From NCBI GenBank assembly GCA_039028975.1, contig JBCCHB010000104.1, positions 1 through 60,392 of the forward strand: DNA of 60,392 nucleotides. Reading direction: 5' to 3'. The position numbers and the translations under genes were made by a program. Within the stretch, counting starts at the first letter, position 1. Every line of letters starts with the position of its first letter. Source of the stretch: Chloroflexota bacterium (lineage in GTDB: Bacteria > Chloroflexota > Anaerolineae > Caldilineales > Caldilineaceae). The notes beneath the pieces are model-generated. The model made no database searches. It was not told the DNA's origin and worked only from the letters and a program-made list of their open reading frames with translations. Shown here in pieces: positions 25,280-33,629 of the stretch.

Positions 25280-26362
25280 CTAATCCCCTTCTCTTTCGAT
25301 GAACCCGCATGTTAGGTTTATAATAGTGTTTGTATTGATATCGTAAGTGATAGAATAGGGTATATTGGAAATGGTTTTGCCGATAAAGTCTCCGTGATCA
25401 GAGCAAAAGACGATTATAGTTTCTTCGCGTAGTGATAGGCGGATCAATGCATCCAGGATTTGACCAAGAGCATCGTCAATAAAGCGAACCATGCCATAGT
25501 AGACCGCCAACAGTCCATAGATATCTTCTATGTCATCATTGCGTACACCTAGCATCTCATATAGCATCCGATTGCGTTCGGGGGCAGTGCCGTCGTTAAA
25601 TTCATCATCTCGCCAGGGCGGCAGGTCAATCTTCTCTTTGGGGAAGATAGCGGCGTATTGCTCAGGACAGACCCAAGGCTCGTGGGGATCGGGGATGGAA
25701 ACCCATAGGGCAAAGGGTTGGATATCTGATTGAATCCCAGAAAGGTTGCCAGGGTTGTCATCCGGCTGGGTATTGGATAAAACTTCCCGCCTGCTGGCAT
25801 ACTCTTCCAGAAAGCGGATGGTCTGGCCAGCCACCAATCCAGTGGAATAATCTTCAAGCGGAAAGTCGTTGGTGGCGTAGGCAAAATGGGGATTTTGGGG
25901 CGTCATCGTGCGCCGCAACTCATGGGCTGCATGGATTCCCGAAAGTGGGCGGAACCACTCCATGCCCTTGGTCTCAACCTTCTCTGGTAGGCCACTATGA
26001 GAAATTTCGCAGTAGGTATCAAAGAGAGCTAAATCCTCAGCCTGAGAAAAACAGTGGTTTTTCCCAATCAATCCCACATGGTACCCCGCCTCTTTCCATA
26101 GACGGACGCCATGCTCAACCCCCGCTGGCATAGGTGTCTCATTTCGCCGGCTACCGTGAGAGTGAGGCCACTGGCCTGTCCAAAAAGAGACCCGGGCGGG
26201 CATACAGAGCGGATGAGGCGTAAAGGCATTTTCAAAGAGAACCCCCTCGTCCGCCAAACGAGCCATATTTGGTGTCTCGCAGAAGGAATTGCCATAGAGA
26301 TGGCTGGCTGTCGCCTTCTGCTGGTCAGTCATGATTATGAGAATATTAGGTTGATTAGGCAT
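25280..26362 (-). CDS. Cys-type sulfatase (arylsulfatase family).
   Basis: 'ILIIMTDQQ' and the 'PLCMPARVSFWTGQWPHSHG' sulfatase signature (C-x-P-x-R). Confidence 0.85.
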   Translation of the reverse strand: MPNQPNILIIMTDQQKATASHLYGNSFCETPNMARLADEGVLFENAFTPHPLCMPARVSFWTGQWPHSHGSRRNETPMPAGVEHGVRLWKEAGYHVGLIGKNHCFSQAEDLALFDTYCEISHSGLPEKVETKGMEWFRPLSGIHAAHELRRTMTPQNPHFAYATNDFPLEDYSTGLVAGQTIRFLEEYASRREVLSNTQPDDNPGNLSGIQSDIQPFALWVSIPDPHEPWVCPEQYAAIFPKEKIDLPPWRDDEFNDGTAPERNRMLYEMLGVRNDDIEDIYGLLAVYYGMVRFIDDALGQILDALIRLSLREETIIVFCSDHGDFIGKTISNIPYSITYDINTNTIINLTCGFIEREGD

Positions 26363-26394
26363 ATTGTTGGGCGAATCTTAGAAAGTCGTAGACG

Positions 26395-28410
26395 CTAAAA
26401 GTCGAGCGCTTCATCAATAATCTCATTACTCTCCCGGACCGTATCATACTCACTACGAGCCTCTTCTAGAATGCGACCGATACCTTCGATGCGTTCGCTC
26501 AGCTCTTCGTCACTTTGGCTCGATTGCCAAGCCTGCCTTAGTAGATCTTCGAAGGATTTGGCCCCCTCGATATTTCCTAAGATCAGGTCGAGTTCCCCAA
26601 TCACCAGCTCGAACATACGGATCTTGCGGGCCAAAAGCTCAATGACGTGAGACTCAATGGTCTCATTGCAGGATAGGTTAAATATGGTCACATCATGAAT
26701 TTGGCCGAGGCGGTGGAGACGTCCAATGCGCTGCTCGACCCGCATAGGATTCCACGGCAGGTCATAGTTGATGAGCTGATGGCAGAATTGGAGATTGCGC
26801 CCTTCTGCACCGCTCTCGGTAGAGACCATCACGCGCATCCCTTCTTCACCTTCATCTCGAAATGCTGCGACCGCGGCCTCTTTCTGCTGAATGCTCATAC
26901 CGCCATGGAACCCGGTTGTAGGGATGTTCAGTTCGTTGAGCCGATTGACGATGGTCTCCTGAGTTTGCCGGTACTCAGTAAAGATGAGGAATTTGCCCGG
27001 AAACTGTTCCAGTAGTTCTTCTACAGCAACCAACTTCCGCCCGATAGGAATAGAACGGGCTAGATCTAAAAATTCCTGTAACTCAACCCGAGCATCATCG
27101 CTGTAGGCCCGATCATTGACCATCTTCTGGAGCGTGGAAGCGACGGCTTGAGGGCTACTGCTTAACTCGCGTTGTAGGATCGTCAGCGTTAGGCGCAGAA
27201 ACTTGCTATTTTCTGTGTTGCGGAAGCGTTTGCGGATATAGTCCGTAACGTCTTGGTAGAGCTTAAATTCGGCTTCACTAAGCGTTAAATGGTAGATGGC
27301 TGCTTGTCGCTTGGGGAATTGAACGTCCACTTTGCTGCGACGGTTGCGAATCATTACATCATTAAGCAAATGACGCAGGGATTGGGCATTTCTGGGTTGT
27401 CGTTTATCAGCTTGATCCAAAAAGTGGCGGCGGAAGGCTCGAGCCGTACCTAATTGTCCAGGTGAAAGAATGGTAATGAGGCTGTACAGCTCCAGGAGAT
27501 CATTCTGAACCGGCGTGGCCGTCAACATAAGAATGTAGCGCTTACGGATTTTGTTGACGAATTGCCAGGCTTGGGTACTACGATTTTTTAACTTATGAGC
27601 TTCATCGATGATGAGCAGGTCGTAATCCCGTGCCAGAATAACGTCACTATGGTCTCGACGTTTGGCCCGATCGATGGACGTAATCCAGCGACCGCTCTCT
27701 TCTTGGGCCAGAGCACGCCATTCAGCTGGCTTGTTGATGACGGTAAAGCGTTCGTTGAACTTGCCTTCCAACTCTTCGCGCCACTGTTCAGTTAAAGATG
27801 CAGGCGTCAACACCAGCACTGTACGCACGAGGCCACGCTGAATCAACTCCTTCATAATGATGCCGGCTTCAATGGTTTTACCTAATCCGACCTCATCCGC
27901 CAGAAGCGCACGGCCTCGCATATCGTTAAGCGCCTGGTGAACTGCTTGGATCTGGTGTTCATAATGCTCTACATTAATAGAGTCGAGGCAAATCAACTGG
28001 TCAAAGCCGGTGCTAAGGCTCAGCTCTTCTGCCTCTAATCGAAGCTGGTAGAGAGGTAGTGGCTCAGGCATCCGGATACGACCATGAGTACGAAAGAAGT
28101 TGGTCAGATTTTGAGGTGTCTCAATGACCCTTGGTGGCAACGTAACGCCAAAACGAGCGATCTTCTCTGCCATTTCGTGATCAATGTTGTACCGATACCC
28201 ACAGCGGAAACAAGCTGTTGCCTCTTCTTCATCAAGCCAGTTGCATTGAGGACAGCGCTTACCCATGACCGTCGGGGTCACCTTCTCTGTCTTATTCAGC
28301 TCTTTCTCAGCTTCGTCTGGTATTTCAAGCCATTCAAACCGCTCTTGCATTGGGATAGATAGGTCCTTACGATGCCCGCCGATCTGCGGGGATCTTGGTT
28401 TTGGCAGCAA
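26395..28410 (-). CDS. SNF2-family helicase with N-terminal zinc ribbon. Alternative start is Met at ~28350.
   Basis: 'CPQCNWLDEEEATACFRCGY' (Zn ribbon); 'LADEVGLGKTIEAG' (motif I); 'LLIIDEAHKLKN' (DExH); 'NYDLPWNPMRVEQRIGRLHRLGQ' (motif VI). Confidence 0.85.
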   Translation of the reverse strand: MLPKPRSPQIGGHRKDLSIPMQERFEWLEIPDEAEKELNKTEKVTPTVMGKRCPQCNWLDEEEATACFRCGYRYNIDHEMAEKIARFGVTLPPRVIETPQNLTNFFRTHGRIRMPEPLPLYQLRLEAEELSLSTGFDQLICLDSINVEHYEHQIQAVHQALNDMRGRALLADEVGLGKTIEAGIIMKELIQRGLVRTVLVLTPASLTEQWREELEGKFNERFTVINKPAEWRALAQEESGRWITSIDRAKRRDHSDVILARDYDLLIIDEAHKLKNRSTQAWQFVNKIRKRYILMLTATPVQNDLLELYSLITILSPGQLGTARAFRRHFLDQADKRQPRNAQSLRHLLNDVMIRNRRSKVDVQFPKRQAAIYHLTLSEAEFKLYQDVTDYIRKRFRNTENSKFLRLTLTILQRELSSSPQAVASTLQKMVNDRAYSDDARVELQEFLDLARSIPIGRKLVAVEELLEQFPGKFLIFTEYRQTQETIVNRLNELNIPTTGFHGGMSIQQKEAAVAAFRDEGEEGMRVMVSTESGAEGRNLQFCHQLINYDLPWNPMRVEQRIGRLHRLGQIHDVTIFNLSCNETIESHVIELLARKIRMFELVIGELDLILGNIEGAKSFEDLLRQAWQSSQSDEELSERIEGIGRILEEARSEYDTVRESNEIIDEALDF

Positions 28411-29314
28411 TAAATTGACGATGGGTTAAGTTTAACTTGTAGGAAATGTTGTAGATCTCCTCAGCCTCCTGAGCCGTGACATATCCATCCGCATCAGCGA
28501 TGGTGAAAAGGAGGTCAAGCAACTCTTCTCCTTCATCAGACGTAATGGTGGTTGCCAATTCTCGTGTCAAACGCAGAAAATCCATCTCTGCGCTGACTTC
28601 GCTAATGGCCACTTGGGCAATAAAGAGCGCCTCATCGCTGCTAACAGAAAGATCCTGCTCTAGATGAGTCGTCATGGCATTGAATTCACTGTCGGTGACT
28701 TGCTGGTCGATGTGGGCTATCCGGGCCATAAGCCCGCCAATTGCCGCTAGACGACGCAATTGTTCATCAGGCAGATTGAGGCTGAATGCCTCGCCCTCCA
28801 GCCGCCGTTGAATGCCGTAGTAGACCTTATTGCGGATAAATTCATCAAAGTATCGTTCCCGATTAGGGGCCTGGCTGATAGCTTGCTGGCGTCGCTGGAA
28901 GGGACCTTGCAACAGGCGAGAAAACTGACCAAAGATGTTGAGGTTGACCTGATCCATCGCCTGCTGAATCTCGGTCACAACAGCTTTCTCTTCAGAGGTA
29001 ATTACGCCATCGGCATGGACCAAGTTATCCAGATACTCTAAGGCCAACTTTTTATCGTCATCCGTACGCAGCTGGGTCTGTAATTCTTCGATCAGGTGAT
29101 GACGCTCGTCGGCAGATATAGGCGATTCGATGAACATTTCCAGGCGCGCCCATTCGATGGAATTTAAACGACGGTTGCCGCTTTTATGGGTTTCGGGTAG
29201 CTTATAGAGCAGATCTTTAAGTAGATTTTGCTCCTCATCAGTCAGTTCATTGTCTGCCCAAGCTGCTGCAATGATCACTTTCGCCAGGGCAAGGATTAAG
29301 TTTCGTTCGGACAT
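28367..29314 (-). CDS. Tandem TerB-domain protein.
   Basis: 'LALAKVIIAAAWADNELTDEEQNLLKDLL', 'LVHADGVITSEEKAVVTEI' and 'LLFTIADADGYVTAQEAEEIYNI' give the TerB (xADGxhxxxE) signature at least twice. Confidence 0.65.
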   Translation of the reverse strand: MSERNLILALAKVIIAAAWADNELTDEEQNLLKDLLYKLPETHKSGNRRLNSIEWARLEMFIESPISADERHHLIEELQTQLRTDDDKKLALEYLDNLVHADGVITSEEKAVVTEIQQAMDQVNLNIFGQFSRLLQGPFQRRQQAISQAPNRERYFDEFIRNKVYYGIQRRLEGEAFSLNLPDEQLRRLAAIGGLMARIAHIDQQVTDSEFNAMTTHLEQDLSVSSDEALFIAQVAISEVSAEMDFLRLTRELATTITSDEGEELLDLLFTIADADGYVTAQEAEEIYNISYKLNLTHRQFIAAKTKIPADRRAS

Positions 29315-29322
29315 ATTTCCCT

Positions 29323-29691
29323 TTATTTTTCTTCAAGTCGTACCAGATTCCGCACAGAAATCCAGCCCCACTCATTCTCCTCTGTCTTGGCCCAAGCCCA
29401 TCCGTTGAGAACGTGCGAGACCGTTACAAACGCGCCTATAGTGAGCGTCAACTCGTGGGCTGTATACGTGCCCTGTGCCGTTGCCCATTCACCATCTACA
29501 TGTAGAAGTTGTAGCGGAACCCAGCCTTGTTTGCCGTCGGCATTTTCGCACTTAACCCAATTTGCCCATTCCGGATCATCTGTAAACTTCTGGATTACTT
29601 GCACCAACTCTCCAGCAACAAAAGTAATAGGGTCTGGGTTGGTGGATTCGTGGGCGCGATGGACCATGTGGGTTGGTTGATATGAAGTCAT
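29323..29691 (-). CDS. Small protein with two SH3-like repeats.
   Basis: 'FVAGELVQVIQKFTDDPEWANWVKCENADGKQGWVPLQLL' and 'ELTLTIGAFVTVSHVLNGWAWAKTEENEWGWISVRNLV' follow the ELxhxxGxxVxV...W..a....G.xGWhP pattern. Confidence 0.5.
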   Translation of the reverse strand: MTSYQPTHMVHRAHESTNPDPITFVAGELVQVIQKFTDDPEWANWVKCENADGKQGWVPLQLLHVDGEWATAQGTYTAHELTLTIGAFVTVSHVLNGWAWAKTEENEWGWISVRNLVRLEEK

Positions 29692-29697
29692 TATTTA

Positions 29698-31089
29698 TCA
29701 CCCAGACCGTATGGTCAAATCTACATCAGCAGGGGTGAAATAAAGTTGGGCGTTGCCCTCACTTAGTCGTTCTAGCGCCTCTTGTTTACGCAGGGTGTTG
29801 AAGATAGCTACCTTCTCAGCTATAGGCAGATCCTCGCCAAGACCGTTGAGGAATGCTTGTACCCGCTGGGCCTCGGTTTCACCTGCTATAGCTCCCTCGA
29901 TTTGGGCATGTTGCCGACGGAGGTCAAGTAGTTGGCCGCGCTGTTGCTCCTTCTCAATTTCGCCTTGAAGCCCCTTTAAGCTGACTTCGTTTTCGCTCTC
30001 CTGCTTCTGCAGCCGGTTGATGCGATTGGTGGTTTCGTTGATGATCTCTTGGAGCACTTTTTGGGTGCTTGGATCCTTGCTGCTTACAGAACGAACTTCG
30101 ACCGCGTGTAGCGCAACGCCTCTTGCCAGATAGAAGGTCAGATCCCCTTCGATAATCACGCTGCGGATAATTTCGTTGAACGAGGCCAGGAATTGCTCCA
30201 GCGTAACCCGAGAGACGGCCTGAATGATCGCGCTTCGAGCATGGGAACAGATATCCCCTGGCGTGTCATCGGTGGTGCCAATCATCTTCTCTAAATCGGA
30301 GATCTCCCAAAAGAAGGTGACGCCGATAACCAACTCAACATTGTCTTGAGTGCGCGCCTCGAATTCATACCACATAAATTTGGGGCGTAGATCAAAGTGG
30401 GTGATCATCAGATTCCGCTGGTCTTTATAAATGCCACTTGACCAACGTAACGCCACCAGCTCTTGATGTGGCTCCAGGAAAAAGGCTCGTTTCGTTTCGT
30501 CACTGCCTCTGTGAAAGAGATAACGCCCGTTTTCGTCTTTAATAATGACTGCTTCGTTATCCTCTAACCGGATGCGCTTGCGTACTTCTGCCACCTCCTG
30601 GTGGGGCTCTGGCACAAAGACCTGCTTGTTTGTGATAAGAGATAGCTGCCCCGTGCGGTTGTCTCGCACCAACACGGCCGTCTCTTCATCAATATTCACG
30701 CCGACTTGTACAGCGTTGATCACATCTTCGGTAGGAGATAAATAAATGGTCTGCTCACCCCGTTCAACCCGAACGGTGCCAGTAAGATTGTCGATCAAGC
30801 AGACATATTCGTTTTGCCGGAGGGTAATGCTCTGCCGTTCTTCTACGACCTCGTCTTCTGCCTCCCGGAAAAAGAGCGTAGGACCGATGACATTACGCAA
30901 TTCACCAGTCAATGTGTTGCGGATAAGTAAATAATCGATAGGGCCGAGCGTTGTGGCCTTGAGTCGTGTAACTTTCCAAAGGGGTGGAATAAAGGCCATC
31001 TTGGGGCCATTTATCATGAATCGTCGAGTAAATGCCTGAACAAGCAGTTGCTCATCATCTTTCAGAAAGTAGTATCGGGGGAAGAACAT
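29698..31089 (-). CDS. Major-vault-protein-like protein: four ~45-aa MVP-type repeats, an SPFH/band-7 (vault shoulder-like) domain, and a C-terminal coiled coil.
   Basis: Repeats 'YLLIRNTLTGELRNVIGPTLFFREAEDEVV', 'YVCLIDNLTGTVRVERGEQTIYLSPTEDVI', 'VLVRDNRTGQLSLITNKQVFVPEPHQEVA', 'VIIKDENGRYLFHRGSDETKRAFFLEPHQELV'. Compare the vault repeat '[29 protein letters not shown]'. Then 'DNVELVIGVTFFWEI' (SPFH-like) and a heptad-rich tail. Confidence 0.55.
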   Translation of the reverse strand: MFFPRYYFLKDDEQLLVQAFTRRFMINGPKMAFIPPLWKVTRLKATTLGPIDYLLIRNTLTGELRNVIGPTLFFREAEDEVVEERQSITLRQNEYVCLIDNLTGTVRVERGEQTIYLSPTEDVINAVQVGVNIDEETAVLVRDNRTGQLSLITNKQVFVPEPHQEVAEVRKRIRLEDNEAVIIKDENGRYLFHRGSDETKRAFFLEPHQELVALRWSSGIYKDQRNLMITHFDLRPKFMWYEFEARTQDNVELVIGVTFFWEISDLEKMIGTTDDTPGDICSHARSAIIQAVSRVTLEQFLASFNEIIRSVIIEGDLTFYLARGVALHAVEVRSVSSKDPSTQKVLQEIINETTNRINRLQKQESENEVSLKGLQGEIEKEQQRGQLLDLRRQHAQIEGAIAGETEAQRVQAFLNGLGEDLPIAEKVAIFNTLRKQEALERLSEGNAQLYFTPADVDLTIRSG

Positions 31090-31367
31090 TATTGAATAGC
31101 ACCTCTTATTCCATATCTAATTTGGTCTTTGTCCGTGCCAACTCACCACGACGCGGCCGACTCTCTTCTGAGATCTGCTGAGGGGCAGCGGCTTCTTCCT
31201 TTGCACGAATTATATCTGTTCATCTTACGTAAGCAAAAGCTCAGCTGCGCTCTCATCGTATAGTTTGAGCTCAGAATGACCTTAGAGCAACAATATGTCT
31301 AAAAATCCTTAGCGATTCGTTATCTCCGCAAATGGCGAAAAATGAATATACTTTTTGTGGCTTTATA

Positions 31368-32282
31368 CTACAACTCTAGACTATAAGCAGCCCGTACACC
31401 CATGCCCGTATCGCCATAATTGGCACAAACGATACGGGTGGCGCATCGGCAGAGATCCCATCCGTAGTTGAAGCAACCGCCTCTTTGAATCCCATCCGGG
31501 TCTTTATGCTCGACGTCTACGAACGGTTCATCCCATATCTGTCTCCCCGTATATTGATGATAATCATCTGCCACCCACTCGCTAAGATTGCCGAGCATGT
31601 CGATCAACCCAAAGGCATTGTGCTTGCCTTGGTGCTCATCTTCTTTGTGGTTTAGATAGTGATAGTATTCGTTAAAGATAGCCTTGTAGTCGTAATCATA
31701 TTGTGTATGATTTTGCTTCATCCAGCAATAGGACGGATCTGGATCATTGCCCCAGTAGAAGAGGGTCTGGCTTCCTGCACGGCAAGCATATTCCCACTCT
31801 GCTTCAAGGGGCAGGCGTAGCCCAACTTTGGTTAATAAGGCAACTGCCTCATCTCTTGAGACTGCATCAACAGGATACTCTTCCCCAAATTCAAAGGTGA
31901 GATTTGCCCCTCCATGCTGACGCCAAGCCCCTTCTGTCACCATAAATCGGCTGAGTAGGAAGGGGGATAGGGTTACCTCAACTGTCGGAGACTCAGATGC
32001 ATCGCCACGATAGCCTTTCTGTTGAAGCAGTGCTCTTTCTTCATCTGAGGAGCCGAGCAGAAATGTGTCACCTGGAATGAGATGAAAGAGCATGTCGGTT
32101 TGTCTATGACGATAGACTCCGATCGCATGACTTTGAGCACCACATGAGAAACGCCTCATTTCAACAAAGTCAAAACGGTTTGCCAAAGTTTCAGATGCAA
32201 CGTTCAGAGCATTGCGCCGCTCTTGATCTGTTGCTTCATCCCAAACGTTGATTCTCTCAAGCAAATTGTGCGGGTTCATCAT
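31368..32282 (-). CDS. Formylglycine-generating enzyme (FGE/SUMF1) family protein. The ORF is open to 32450; likely start is 'MMNPHNLL' at 32282.
   Basis: 'FHLIPGDTFLLGSSDEE', 'TVEVTLSPFLLSRFMVTEGAW', 'RGGCFNYGWDLCRCATRIVCANYGDTGMGVRAAYS' are FGE-sulfatase domain blocks. Confidence 0.7.
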   Translation of the reverse strand: MMNPHNLLERINVWDEATDQERRNALNVASETLANRFDFVEMRRFSCGAQSHAIGVYRHRQTDMLFHLIPGDTFLLGSSDEERALLQQKGYRGDASESPTVEVTLSPFLLSRFMVTEGAWRQHGGANLTFEFGEEYPVDAVSRDEAVALLTKVGLRLPLEAEWEYACRAGSQTLFYWGNDPDPSYCWMKQNHTQYDYDYKAIFNEYYHYLNHKEDEHQGKHNAFGLIDMLGNLSEWVADDYHQYTGRQIWDEPFVDVEHKDPDGIQRGGCFNYGWDLCRCATRIVCANYGDTGMGVRAAYSLEL

Positions 32283-32298
32283 AAACGTAATCCTTACC

Positions 32299-33357
32299 TT
32301 AATCGAATGCCACCTGGTATCGTGGATTCCCAGCAATCTCAACGGCTTGACCACTCTCAATAGAGTCGATGGCGGCGCTGAGCATGGCGAAAACCTTGAG
32401 GTTTTTGCGTCCACTAAAGGGCGGTTCCTCACCTTGCGCTCCTTTGCCAATGGTCACGTATTTGTACCAGACATCAAAAAAGGGAGCAAAGGGTTTAACA
32501 AGTGGCACAGCGGCATCAATCTTCACATCATCAAAATCACCCAGAGCAGGTGCAAATTGATAGCTCATCTGATCTTTGGACATGTGGAGACCATGGCATC
32601 GTAGCACCCCTTTTGTCCCCTCAATGCGAAATTCATACATGCTGGATTGTGCCGAAAAACCACCATGATAGCCCATGTGCAGCCCGTTACTAAAGCGTAT
32701 CAATGCATTGACCATGCATGGTCCAACGTAGGGTGACCAGGAGGGGATAAAGCCATCACAGGAGATCCACTCGGGCTCATACCCAGGGAAAACTGCCAAG
32801 AAGGAGTCGAAGTGATGACACGAGGTTTCGTATAGGGCTGGCTGAAGCATCTTGGCCAGATTAAGTGCTTTGGGACGAGGTTTGCTATTCATGAACCAAG
32901 CGCCTTCTGGTTTACCTAGCTGACCGGAGCAGATAAATTGGGCCACAGCCTGATAGTGCCGATTATATCGCATCTGCTGGCCTACACTCAGAGTCAATCC
33001 GCTCTCGTCGGCTAATCGAACCAAATCAACTGCTTCCTCAAAGTTGTTGGTAATCGGTTTCGCTACAAGTACATGAGCACCAGCCTGTAGGATCGTCTTG
33101 GTCTGCTCATAATGCAGATCGGATGGTGTGTTGATGAGGACGGCATCTGGACCTAGTTTAGCTAGGGCTTCCCCTAGATCTTTGAAGGTAGCTTCTCTTG
33201 GGATACCCAGCTTTTCCTGTGCATTGGCTAGGGCATCATCACGTATATCAACGATACCAGCCGTCTCATACCACGGCTTCTCCACTAAGAGAGATGCCAT
33301 GTGATTGCTAACCCCGCCCCACCCTACAATGAGGCAGCGAATGTTCTTCCCAGCCAT
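32299..33357 (-). CDS. Gfo/Idh/MocA-family NAD(P)-dependent oxidoreductase.
   Basis: N-terminal Rossmann fold 'IRCLIVGWGGVSNHM' and 'AGAHVLVAKPI'. Confidence 0.85.
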   Translation of the reverse strand: MAGKNIRCLIVGWGGVSNHMASLLVEKPWYETAGIVDIRDDALANAQEKLGIPREATFKDLGEALAKLGPDAVLINTPSDLHYEQTKTILQAGAHVLVAKPITNNFEEAVDLVRLADESGLTLSVGQQMRYNRHYQAVAQFICSGQLGKPEGAWFMNSKPRPKALNLAKMLQPALYETSCHHFDSFLAVFPGYEPEWISCDGFIPSWSPYVGPCMVNALIRFSNGLHMGYHGGFSAQSSMYEFRIEGTKGVLRCHGLHMSKDQMSYQFAPALGDFDDVKIDAAVPLVKPFAPFFDVWYKYVTIGKGAQGEEPPFSGRKNLKVFAMLSAAIDSIESGQAVEIAGNPRYQVAFD

Positions 33358-33391
33358 GAATGACTCCTCTTTTCCATACTATTTTTCTTGT

Positions 33392-33420
33392 TTGACACCT
33401 ACACATTCATTTGCTATCCT
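33392..33420 (+). promoter_or_regulatory. Sigma70-like promoter candidate (TTGACA-17 nt-TATCCT) upstream of the ABC importer operon. The divergent intergenic region is shared with the oxidoreductase gene.
   Basis: 'ttgaca' at 33392-33397 and 'tatcct' at 33415-33420. GGAGG RBS before the 33630 ATG. Confidence 0.3.
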
Positions 33421-33629
33421 AGAGTAGACTCCTAATATGTAAGAAATTGTATAAGATAGATGCTTGTCATTTATTATAGTGCCTGAATCCCAAAGTGACA
33501 ATCACTATCGATCTGGCTCTCCCCCCAGCGCAACCAATCCTTGCCCGTTTGTATAAACACGTCGTTACTGTAAACAAGCTGACGACCCAATTAGTCCAAA
33601 AATTTCTATAACCATTGGAGGAAACTTAA

